In this document: positions 15,271-26,700 of the stretch, piece after piece
How the letters are laid out: each line of letters opens with the position of its first letter
Position numbering within the stretch: the stretch's first letter is position 1
Assembly (NCBI RefSeq): GCF_008000775.2
Contig: NZ_CP042905.2
Coordinates: 360,001-392,000, forward strand
Origin: Promethearchaeum syntrophicum
GTDB lineage: Archaea > Asgardarchaeota > Lokiarchaeia > Sigyniarchaeales > Promethearchaeaceae
Length of the DNA stretch: 32,000 bases
Reading direction: 5' to 3'
Notes under the pieces: generated by a model
The model's input: the letters and a program-made list of their open reading frames with translations, nothing else
Told to the model about the DNA's origin: nothing
Databases searched by the model: none
Made by a program: the position numbers and the translations under genes

Positions 15271-16146
15271 ATGATCTGGCATGAAATAATATTTTCCTTA
15301 TGCGTAGGCGCTTTAATTTCAGGATTTATTCTAACACTAATACTTTCCATAATGGCTGCTTCCAACTTTTCCAATCAAGAAGCTGGAGATAATGATATTT
15401 CTGAAAATTTTGACGATACAGGGGAATATGGAACAGATGGTGCAGAAACTGACTTTGATGGGGATATCGACTCAGATATTGATGCGGGAGAAATTGATTT
15501 TGATCCTGATTCAGAAATGGATCTTGATTCAGATTTAGACTTTGAAGCAGATACTGAAGTAGAAGTGGAAACTGACCTTGATTCTGAAGTAGAAATTGAC
15601 GAAGATATTCAAATAGAGCCATCGATTGAAAGTGCACTCTCTACAAGTGAAAGTGATTTCATAAATTTTGAAAATCAAACTCCTATGTCATTGATTTTTT
15701 CTTTATATCTTCTATGGTTTGGAGTGATCGGGACTTCTACACATGATTTTTTCTCAAATTCATGGATGTGGCTCTGGTTGATCATAATTTTAATTTGTCC
15801 TGTAATTTTTGTTAAAATCGTTAGTAAATTCTGGAGAAAAATATCTAAAAACACCGCATATCGAGTGAGAGTTGGAAATCAATTATTAGGGCGTGAAGCA
15901 ATGGTAAAAATCCCTGTGTCTTCTGATGGAGGGACCGTATCTGTTAAATCTGCTGATGCTGTTCAACAAATTGGAGTGAAATCTCTACATGAATTATCTT
16001 GGTTCCATTCAGGAATGACTGTTTATATCTGTGAATACAAAGATGGAATGTATTTCGTTGATGATAATCCCGCAAGCGTGAAATTGAAAAAATCTCATCA
16101 TAGGATACAAAATAAGAAAATCAGAATTTCTACAATACAAAAATAA
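15271..16146 (+). CDS. NfeD/YqiJ-like membrane protein with ~80-aa acidic alternating tract and C-terminal OB-like domain
   Basis: One N-terminal TM (IIFSLCVGALISGFILTLILSIMAA), a D/E tract, two TMs, then LLGREAMVKIPVSSDGGTVSVKSADAVQQIGVKS...GMTVYICEYKDGMYFV, which resembles NfeD/YqiJ OB domains. It sits directly upstream of a flotillin, as yuaF-floT and yqiJ-yqiK do. ATG 15271 is preceded by GGAG 7 nt upstream; the ORF opens at GTG 15226. Confidence 0.65.
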   Translation: MIWHEIIFSLCVGALISGFILTLILSIMAASNFSNQEAGDNDISENFDDTGEYGTDGAETDFDGDIDSDIDAGEIDFDPDSEMDLDSDLDFEADTEVEVETDLDSEVEIDEDIQIEPSIESALSTSESDFINFENQTPMSLIFSLYLLWFGVIGTSTHDFFSNSWMWLWLIIILICPVIFVKIVSKFWRKISKNTAYRVRVGNQLLGREAMVKIPVSSDGGTVSVKSADAVQQIGVKSLHELSWFHSGMTVYICEYKDGMYFVDDNPASVKLKKSHHRIQNKKIRISTIQK

Positions 16147-16205
16147 AAAAAAACTTATATATTTCTAATAAAAAAAAAAAAAAAAAAAATAAAGAGAAAA
16201 AAAAA

Positions 16206-17441
16206 ATGATTTATGCTGAATTTAGTTTAGGGGTGGCAGGAATAGTTATTTTAATTGTCTTGTCTATTGTGTTGGTTGCAGTATTCTTTGCTAGCAGATA
16301 CAGAAAGTTCAAAACAAATGAATACGTTATTCATTTAAGGAATGGGAAGGTTGCTTCAGCCGGTAGGGGAGGTAAAATTATCAAATTACCTTTGATCGAT
16401 GAAATTGTAGTAATTCCGACAACCACCAGAAAAACTCTGTTGAATTCTTCAGATAAAATATTGTCTCGTGAATTTCAAGATGTAAAAATAAGCGCAATTC
16501 TTTATTGGCGTGTTTCAGAACCGGAAATATCATTTAATGCTGTTGTATGGGATCCAAGATCACCTGATTATGTTGAAAGGGTACTTAGTACAGCAACGGA
16601 GGCAATTATTCGTACAACTTGTGCTAGTTTAACCGTTGAAACCATTATTTGCGATCGAACTGAAATTATTAAAACAATTACAGATCAATTGTTAAACTTA
16701 ACAAAAGATTGGGGAATTGTAATAGAATCTTTAGAAATTATTGAAGTTCAGGTGCTAGACAAAGATTTGAAAGATAATATGGAAGCTGTTAAGAAGATTC
16801 AAGAACAACAACGCGCGCGTTTAGCCAATGCGGATGCGAAAGAACTGTATAGATTAAGAGAAATCGATGTTAGTCGGCAATCAGAATTAGCAGAAAAAGA
16901 AATGGCAATTCAAATTCAACAACAAGAATTAACTCGTGCTGAAATTGAAGCCGAAGCTTACAAAAAAGCAACTCTCATCAGAGCAGAAGCAGATGCAGAT
17001 GCTATCAAAATGAGAATTCTCGCTGAGAAGGAAGCTGAAGCTATTGGAATTCGTTTAAAAATGACTGCTGAGGCCGAAGGATTTCAAAAGCAAGTTGATG
17101 CAATAAATTCTGGTGATCAAAACTTCCTCACCATGAAATTAATCGAACAAATGCCCGAGATTTACAAAAATATTTCACCTGATAAAATGATTGTAATGGG
17201 AGAGGGAAATAAAGGGTTCAATTCTATTTTAGAAAGCATCCTTCCTTTAATGCAGATTCTCCCCGAATTCAATAAACAAATCAATGGTGTATCAAAAGAT
17301 TCTGTAGAGAAGATTAAAAGGGATAAAGATGTTACCGGTGTGGAATTTGAAGATTCGGAAATCGAAAACTTCCAAAAAATCATGCAGATAGAACAACCTA
17401 TTAAAAATAATAAGAGTAAGGGCATAAAGGTAAAAAAATAA
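16206..17441 (+). CDS. flotillin-like SPFH/Band-7 protein
   Basis: N-terminal TM hairpin (GVAGIVILIVLSIVLVAVFFA), SPFH domain, and an E/A-rich flotillin coiled coil (AEIEAEAYKKATLIRAEADADAIKMRILAEKEAEAIGIRLKMTAEAEGF). Confidence 0.9.
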   Translation: MIYAEFSLGVAGIVILIVLSIVLVAVFFASRYRKFKTNEYVIHLRNGKVASAGRGGKIIKLPLIDEIVVIPTTTRKTLLNSSDKILSREFQDVKISAILYWRVSEPEISFNAVVWDPRSPDYVERVLSTATEAIIRTTCASLTVETIICDRTEIIKTITDQLLNLTKDWGIVIESLEIIEVQVLDKDLKDNMEAVKKIQEQQRARLANADAKELYRLREIDVSRQSELAEKEMAIQIQQQELTRAEIEAEAYKKATLIRAEADADAIKMRILAEKEAEAIGIRLKMTAEAEGFQKQVDAINSGDQNFLTMKLIEQMPEIYKNISPDKMIVMGEGNKGFNSILESILPLMQILPEFNKQINGVSKDSVEKIKRDKDVTGVEFEDSEIENFQKIMQIEQPIKNNKSKGIKVKK

Positions 17442-17603
17442 GATGAAAAATAGTATATTATGCTATTATAAATATACAAGAGCATCTGAAGATTATGTTA
17501 CTAAAAGCTGAATTTATTTAAAATTCAAGGTTGGGAATTTGGTTCTACAATTTCAAATTCGGACCATAATCTGAAAGGGTTTCTTTTCCAGTTCAAATCC
17601 TTA

Positions 17604-17627
17604 TTTTTTATCGTTTTTTAGATTTTT
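17604..17627 (+). terminator. oligo-T tracts (T6, T6, T5), candidate archaeal terminator for the NfeD-flotillin unit
   Basis: ttattttttatcgttttttagattttt is the first T5+ run after the flotillin stop, ~160 nt downstream. This is weak evidence in AT-rich DNA. Confidence 0.3.
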
Positions 17628-17672
17628 CTTCCATTCTTTACAAAGAGTGAAGACCTTAGACAAAAAGATAGA

Positions 17673-17680
17673 TTTATTAA
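17673..17680 (+). promoter_or_regulatory. TATA-box-like element upstream of the giant ORF
   Basis: tttattaa lies ~31-38 nt upstream of ATG 17711. Confidence 0.25.
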
Positions 17681-17710
17681 GAAGTTGTTGAATATTTAAT
17701 AAGACTACTA

Positions 17711-20700
17711 ATGAATAATTCCCAAGAAGATAGCCAAAAATTTTTAAAAGTTACTAATCAATTAACAGATTTTGCCTTCATTTTAATTTTCATGATTGCA
17801 CTTCCCGGTATTATTGGAGTAATTGCTGGAGGAATTGCAATGTTATTTGTTGAAGAAGCATTTTTAATGGGAGAATTTTCACTTGGCACTTTCTTAGCTG
17901 GAATAACCTTTTCACTCCCAATTTTCTATTTACTCTTCTTAAAAACTCGCAAAAAGAAAATATGGTATGAAATCATTCCAATAAGTTATAATAAAGAACT
18001 CACAATTGGTATTTTAATCATTTATGTGCCAACTATTCTGACTTCCTTAATTTTTTATCTCTTCTCTTTAATGATGAATTATTCTAGTTTTGCATTCGAA
18101 TTTCAGTTTTTTATTCTCGCAATTCAGCCTTTAGAATCATTATTTTTCTGTAGATTTTTTAAAATCTTATTCCCAATAAGTGAATCTGTAAAAAAAACAG
18201 GGAATATTCCTGAAATATCAGCCAAACTCAATAAAGAATCTCTTCAAAAAGTAATTTTTAAAGAGTTTGTGATTAAAATAATTTTTGATATTATATGCTT
18301 AGTTTTATCCAATTCAATATTAATAATAATTCTAACAAATGTTATCGGGATTATCCTATATTTTACAACTAAAGATTTAATTTTTAAAGTAGGCAAATTA
18401 AAAACTCGTTTATCTGAATTTAAATTAATTCTAAATCTAAAATTCATTGGGTTTCTGTTAATAATTCAAAGTCTAATCCAGTTTTGGATATGCATATTTG
18501 AACCCAACTTAAATTTAGGTCTTTACATTATAATTACAGCCTTATTAACCATAAAAATATCATTTATCTTATTATATCAATACAGTAAACATCTTTTTAT
18601 AAATTTTCAAATTCGTGTGAAATGGTTTATTGGATTCATGATTAATGATATAATTACTATCGCGATTAATATTTTAGGTGTTATATATATCGTGGTTGAA
18701 GGTTTCAATGTTGAACCTTTTTGGGTATTTTCTGAGTGGTATTTATTAGGGATTTTTATTGTTTTTCTAATAGAAAATATTATTGAAAGACATTTTCATC
18801 TTTCATATAAATTACTTTCTACGTTATTCAACATGATTCAACTAATTGCAATTTATGCGATTATAGCTTTTCTATTAATTGATGTCGAATTATATCTCCA
18901 AATACTTATCTTCTCAGTATTATCAATTTCTATCCCAATAATTTTACATGAAATTAAAGCCATTTCAAAAAAAACTCAAATCATTATTCAAAATATCCTA
19001 TATATCCTAATTTTCTATGAAATTGGAATTTATTTTGCAGTTTTTACAACTGAAAATAATTTATTTATTACTGATTCTCAAATTTTCAATTACCTCTTCT
19101 TTTTATCTCTTAGCTCTCTAAGTTCGCTTTATCGGCTTTATTTTATAAAAATAAGAGGCTTTCAAACCAAATTTTTCTCACAATTAATTCTAATATTTCT
19201 ATTCATTAGCTTTTTTGGAATTTTTCAATTGATTGGAGGTGGCTTAATCGGAATTTCTGTTTTCCTTGTCGAATTTTTTGGAGATATTAATTCTACATTT
19301 CCAATATTTTTCCCAACTGGTTTACTCTCAAATTCATTAGAGAACATATCAAGTATATACAATCAAATTGGAGAAATCGCATTGGATTCGACATTTATTA
19401 TCAAATCAACAAACGGAATAGCAAGTGTATTGAATATTGCAGTTTCAGGTCTTCTATCCTTAGTAGGTTATAATATAATAATTCATTTGCATGAGAATTT
19501 TAAAGTTCTTTCCCCTTATGTTTTAAAATTTAATCAAATATTTAATCGCAGTCTGATTGGATTGTTAGCTTGTATAGGAATATTAGTAATGTTTCAGTCA
19601 ATTTCTGGAATAATTTTGTGTTTGATGTTCATTACTTACTTCAGTGTTTATATTTATGACTCGATTTATGAATTTAGGGAAGAAATACAAAAACCCTTGC
19701 GAAAATCAAAACTACAAGTAAAAAGTATTCTTTTTATCATAAACGCTATTGTGTCTTTGGCATTGTTTCTTTTCATAGGATTAGAATTCTTAGGTTTAGA
19801 TTTTACACTTTCATTTACAATTGCTTTAATTGCACTTTATCTTTATATTAACCTACTTCCTTCGATTAATTCGATTTTAAATCGCACATATAATGAGAAG
19901 AAGCTGTTAAATCTCTTAAATGCGTGCATTTTATTCCTAATTGGGATATTCTTAAATCCCTCAATTAATTTCTTGCTGTCTAGTTATATTAGTCCAGATC
20001 TTGAATTGGGAATCCTCAATTGGATATTAATTTCTGGTCTTTTTATATCACTCTTTTCGTTTTTATCTTTAAAACAGCTTAAATCAGGAAATTATGTTTT
20101 AGGAAAAATCTATGAAATTTCAAACATGCTATTACAATTTTTCTTTTGGTTTATGGCATCTGGATTTATTATATTTAACACATACAAAGTTCTTAATTAT
20201 CTCTTATTAATAATATCAATTAATTTACTTTTATTATCCGTTATATTTAAAATCAATAGTATATTAACTTTTAATAATATCTATCGTGAAGTATATTTAA
20301 CATGGATATACATGATGAGTATTACATGGGAATTAGGATTTGTTACTCTAATTTCGTCTTTTATTATTGCTTTTAATTATATTAATTTAGCTTTTCTTAT
20401 CTTCTTGGGATTACTAATATTAGGAATTTTAACTTACAGAAATATCAAGCAATATATCTCTATTTATCCTGCAAAAAAAGAACAGATTATAAAATTACTC
20501 GATTTTATACATTTGTTTAATCTAATTGTTACTATTGGAATTTTTCAAACTTTCTTTAGTTTTTTTTCTTCTTATCCCGTATTTTTACCACTCTCTTTCA
20601 TGTTAACATCAATTCTTACAAGTATAGTTTTTCATATATCAAAGATTGTTAAAAAATACCTTCCGGATAAAATCGCTATTATAATTGATGTTATATTATT

Positions 20701-23700
20701 ACTCACATTATCAACTTCTAGCATCATCTCAGTTCATTCGATATTTGAAAACTACCTTAATATTCAACTAATTTTTGATTACTCAATAATATTCTCTCTG
20801 GGAGTGGTTATAATTGGCCTAGCTACATTACTTTTAATTGCCTACTATTTAGAAAAGAGAAAAATAATCAATACTCTCACATGGAATTATATAAATTTTG
20901 TAATAATTCAATTGGAAATATTAATTAGCTTTTCGTTTATAATGTATTCCGAATTTGAATGGGTCATTAATAATTTAAATAGCGAATGGGATCAACTTTC
21001 AACTCCAATCACGTATTTAATTCTTGGAGGTATGATATTAGGGCTTTATCTTATATATAAATCATTTTTAAAGTTAAAATATTTAAATGAACATGCCAAG
21101 TTAACTTTACTACTCCTAATTCAAAAAAATTTTACCAGAATTATAGGAACTATAGTTATTTCAATATTTCCGATTATTTTCTTTAACTATGAATTAATAG
21201 GATTTTCAATAGCCTTCTTCTTGATTACTTTTGTATTAGTGTATAGTTTTAAGGAATTTCAAAATACATTTCCGGCTAATCAAAAATTAAATGTTTATTC
21301 GGATATAATCCTGATTTCTAATTTATTGTCAATTTTACTTTTAATTTATTCTATCAGCTCACATTTTATTGGATTGATAATTACTGAATCATTAATATTA
21401 TCCTTCATTACTTTTTGGATATTTCTCTACTTCCTTCCAATTCTTATAAAATATATCCCAGCAAGAATAAAACACGTGATTAATGCAATATTTATGCCTG
21501 TGTTTGCAGTATTAGTAAATATTTCTGTTTATTTGGAAATTTTGAAATTTGAGATTGATCTACTTCAAGATCATACTTTAATTTCAATTCTAATAGGATT
21601 AATACCTCTATTTGCTTCAATTTTATTCGCACTCAACCAATTACAAAAAGGAAAATACCTCAAAGATAAATTACATAAAAAAATTCATTTTCTATTTAAT
21701 ATGGGAATTTATTATGATTTATATGCAATCATAGTATCAGTGATGTTGATATATGTGATAGGATCAAGTAATCTAAATGTATACAGAATTTTATTTCATA
21801 CATCTTGGCCACTTTTGGGATTATTTTTTATTCTGAAGAGAATTGAAATGAAGAATTTTTATTCTGAGATTTCACATTTAAAACTAATTTTAAAGACCCA
21901 AATATTAATGTTTTGGGGGATTTCAACACTGGGTTTGCTCATAATTATAAATTATATATTTGTATTCAATCCTTTAGTCATTGCAATTACAATTTTTATT
22001 GAGACTTTTGTTTTATTTTATTCCATTCTATTATTTGATGAAATTTTGCCAAAATTACACAAATTCTTACTAATAATGAAGGAAATTTTGATTTATATTA
22101 ACCTAATTTCAATTTCATCCGTGATTTACTTTACTAGTAATGAACTATTAGGTTTAATTCCAACATTTTCATTTTTCATAGTGTTAATTATTGTTTCTGG
22201 ATTACTTTTCTCGATTCCTGTTTATAAAACAGGAACAATCCAAAAATCTCTTTATGAGATCATTTCGTTTCTTATTTTTAGTAGTTCAATTTTATTAGCA
22301 ATATCAATCAATCAAATGAATTTTCTTCCAGGAACATCTCCAACATATGCCTATTTTGGACTTCTTCTAATTCCTATTCTTGCCTCTTTTTTTAGCATCT
22401 TTCTCTTTAGTAAAAATACAATATCTAAAAGAATTGCTCGGAAGCTATATCAAAAAAATGAAATATTATTACTCATAAATGTCGCAATTCTAATTGCTTT
22501 ACTATCCAACGAAAATGGATTGAATAATTTTTCTCTGTTAATTTCTTCTTTAATTGTTACTGCTCTACTGGTTGTAGATTATTATACAATATTTCTTTTA
22601 ACAGATAAAAAAACTATTATCTTATCATTTTTCAGCGCATTATTATATAATTTAGTAGGAATTACCTTAGCCATTTCTTTACCTTTATTTGAAACCTTCG
22701 ATAACCCTATATTTATATTTATTCTTGTCCAATTGCCATTTCTGTTTGGAATATTTTATTTTGTGGATTGGGCAAACCGGAGAATTCAATCCGCTACAAA
22801 TTTGAAAGATTTGAACAAAAGACCATTTTCTAAATTATCAAACACTAAGAAAAATCATATTAATCAATCAGATGAACCTTTATTAATAGATAACAATGAA
22901 GAACCTTCTAATAATCCCTCCAAATTTGCCCCAACTACAATTATGAACCGGTTTGCACAATTTATTTCTGATAAATGGATAATCCTAGAAGTTTGTTTTA
23001 TATTTATTACACTCGGTCTAAATCTTTATTTAGGCATCAATATACTTTTAATTTCAGAAGAAATATTTACTCCCCTTCAAATCTTGCTAATTTGTTCTTT
23101 GATTGTTTCAGTTATTACCATATATCAACCTCATTCTCACAAGTTTTTAATTTATTACATTCAAACTCTTGTAACCCTTGGATTAAATTATATAATTTAT
23201 GACTCAACCTTATTCATTAGTGAGTTTCAGATACTTTTCGGTATAATTGCCGCAATTTTAATAAACAGATTGGCTACCAGACATTTTCCTATTAATAATC
23301 TTATTAAATACATTCAAAATTTCCTACTCTTAGGAATTTACTATTTCATTATTCATATCTATGGGTTTACTTTATCTTGGGAATTATTGATTAGCTGTAT
23401 TCTTTTCAGTATTTTTACCAGCCGATCTTATAAAAACTTAACCTTTAATTCATTCAAAGTTTGGGCTTTTTCCTATTTTACTTATGATATTTTAATCAAC
23501 TATTTATCTCAAACAGAATATCCCTTAATCCCTATTTTTGCAGCTTGTGCGATCGGTTTAACTTGGCAATGGATAGTGTTTTTAAAAGATTCTAAATGGT
23601 CAAACTCAATCATAAAATCGTTATTGGGATATATTGTAACAATTTCATGGATTTTCAATTATGCATATTTATTTATCATTAAAAATGAAATAATGGGATT

Positions 23701-26700
23701 AATTTCACCCCCAATTATGGCATTTGTAGTATTATTGTTGCTATTTTTAAAGAAAAAGATCATTATATTCCAGAAAGAAAAATTTTTAGATATTTTAATC
23801 TTAGGAGGTACATTTTTCTTTATCTATACTCTTGGACGTTATTATTTATTCGAAAACTACTACTTTTCTGTTGCATTGGCTTTAACCTTAGCTGGTGCAA
23901 TTTGTGGGTTCTTATTTATATTCATATTAGAATTTTTAAATGCGAAAATAAGAAAAGAACTATCCTTGGCTTTCTTTACTTGTGCTTCTTTATTAGCGGG
24001 AGTATTCACATTCCTAATTTTAATGGAACCTGTTATTTTTACTGAAACTGCTTGGGAAGTTGCTTTACCTATTGGATTTGACATAGCTCTCTTATTGTTT
24101 TATATTGGCATTGGGATATACAAACGTTCCTTTACAAAAATTTGGTCTGTTGGAGTATATGCTTGGATTCTTGCTCCTATTATTAATTTTATAATGATAT
24201 CACGTTTAATACGAGGAATTGATTCTGTTTCATCCGCTTTAGAAGTGTTCAATGTTTCTATTGATGGATCAATTATTCTATCCATAATAATCTGTACACT
24301 AATGTACTTGCCTATAATAATTACAAGATTATTGGAAAATTTAAATAAAATAATCTATATTTTCTGGCTAGAATTACTCGTATTTACTACTTGGGGGGCT
24401 GTAAATCTATTTCCACAAAGTATTCTTTTACAAATCCCATTCATATTTCTAATTGGATTAATATTATTTGTTCCCATATTTTATTACTATAAGCATTGGG
24501 CTTCTTTAAGTCTTATTTGGCCTTTAATTGCGGCTACTAATATAGCATTTGTCCTTAATTTTGTTGCTTTTCAACCAGAGTGGGAGATACCAATAGGAAT
24601 TTTAATCGGTGGTTTCTATATTTTGACTTTAGGATATTTCCCGAATATAAAGAAATCTAAATTAGCTAGTTCGTTAATTATTATTTTTGGGTATTTCACA
24701 ATTTTAACTAGCATTTTCTGGTTATTATATACATTTGTTATTATCATTTTTGACGATATAATTATTTCTGTGAATATTACTCTCATCGTAATATCTTTTG
24801 TTTTACTTACTGGAAAATACTTTAAACTGCGTGATTATTTAATAAAAATAGGGCACTCACTAATAGTAATTATAAATCTAGCAATTTTACTAGCAAGAAC
24901 ATTTTATATAATAGGAAATCATGAATACAAAACTTTTGGAATTTTCCTTGGAATCGCATTTGCTTTTGGAACAACTCTATCATTTCAAGCCCGGAAATAT
25001 TTACCCAAAATATTATTTGAATTAATCTGGTTTGGAATGGCAATATTCTTTGGGTTATCATTATTTGAATTGGGGTTAACAATTTTTGATATAGGGGGTT
25101 GGGCTTCTACAGGAATTTTAGTAATAGTAGCAACTTTGATTTACTTCCCAATAATAAGATCTTATTTAGGGTCCGTTTTTGTTTTACTTGTTAGTGGCAT
25201 CTCAATGGTTATAATGGAACTACTGATTTTAGCTTCTCCATTCGTATCTATGAATCAACCTTTATTGTTCTTGGATGTTCTATTTACATTGGAATTAACT
25301 TATATCTATTTTAGCAGTAAATCAAAAATTGGGTTACTTAAAGATAAAACTACGAATTTTGAAATAGCTTCTATTATTTGGGTTATTTTATCTACATTAT
25401 TTTCTATAACTTTCATTTTTATGATAAATATATATTTCCCAGAAGAAATTTTTTCAAAAATTTTAATCTTCTTAAACACTTTCGCACTACAGAATCTATT
25501 AACAACCTATTCCATAAGACGAAATGAGCTCTTTACACGATATAGAATCATTCAAAAAATCATTCCAATTTTCCACTTCTTACTGATATTTACAATTTAT
25601 CTTTCCACTTCAATATTTTGTGCAATTAAAATACCAGTTAATAGCATAATTGAAATATCCGAACAAAATTTTGCTATTGAAACTTTATATCGTTTTGCAA
25701 TTCTGTTCTTAATTCTATTTATCGAATTTTATGGAATTGATCGTAAAATTGTAAAATTAGTATCAAATAAAATTCGTTATCAATTAGATTGGATAAGTTT
25801 CTTCGCTTTTTCTGCATGTTTAACATTTGGGCTCTTTTTAAACATACATATATGGGAGGTCTCCTTATTAATTTGGTGTATTTTATTTTTTATCACTATA
25901 TTTCTCAATCAAAAAGCAGGTAATAAGATATTTCCTGAAATTCTTAAAATTGTAAATGTACTGTTAATAAATACTGCCATATTTAGTTATATTTGGAAAA
26001 TAAATAATATAACTGATAGCATCAGTAATTTTGAATTTGATTTGCTCTTATTAAATATCGCATTTAATATTGCACTAATATATCTTTTTATGAGATTGAA
26101 AATAATCAATCGAAAAGCGATTAAAGTCATTTTCTCGATTTTATCAATTACAATTGCATTATTTTGTGAGGAAATATCCAGAATTTATTTAATGAAACAT
26201 TTGATTCTTAATATTGCCGTATTCTTTTTCGTCTTTGCAATATTGAACACTTTTAACATAAAACGTGCAATATTAATTTATTTCTATTGGATTTTATTAG
26301 CATTCTCAATCTCCACCTTTTTGATGGAATTCATTCCATTTTTATACCATATGACAACCATTAATTATATTATTACCCTTTCGTTTATATTCGGTTTGCA
26401 ATTATCACTTTTATTCTATCTATTAGCAAATTCCTCCCCAAATTCCAACCTTGAGAATAATGATAAAAAAATTGGTATTTCCATAGTTCATCCAATATTG
26501 GATTCTTCTGAAATTGCTCACAAGATTTTTGTAACTTGGATGATTATTGAAGCATTCATTGTTTCAATTTCTATTGCTCAATTTTGGAATTATTTATTTA
26601 TTGATCTAATGTTTTCACATAAAGATTTTACAGGAGTAGAAAAATTTTTCTTATGGATTTCTATTATCCCGATTATTTTTGCATTCATGTTTTACCATTT

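Noticed and set aside
15189-15637. Minus-strand ORFs 15189..15374 and 15326..15637 (Q/L/N-rich)
   Set aside because: They are antisense to the NfeD-like gene. The 103-aa ORF is merely the reverse complement of the GAT/GAA-rich acidic tract, which removes stops on the opposite strand.
17162-17485. Minus-strand 107-aa ORF at the flotillin 3' end
   Set aside because: It is antisense to the well-supported flotillin gene, and its hydrophobic, low-complexity translation is typical of a shadow ORF.
17520-17600. tRNA-like T-loop string cagTTCAAATCCtta and a 7-bp inverted repeat GAATTTG...CAAATTC (17535-17560) in the flotillin / giant-gene spacer
   Set aside because: There is no complementary T-stem or acceptor stem and no anticodon arm. 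The region is AT-rich, unlike archaeal tRNAs. The inverted repeat is short and A/T-only, so it is expected by chance.
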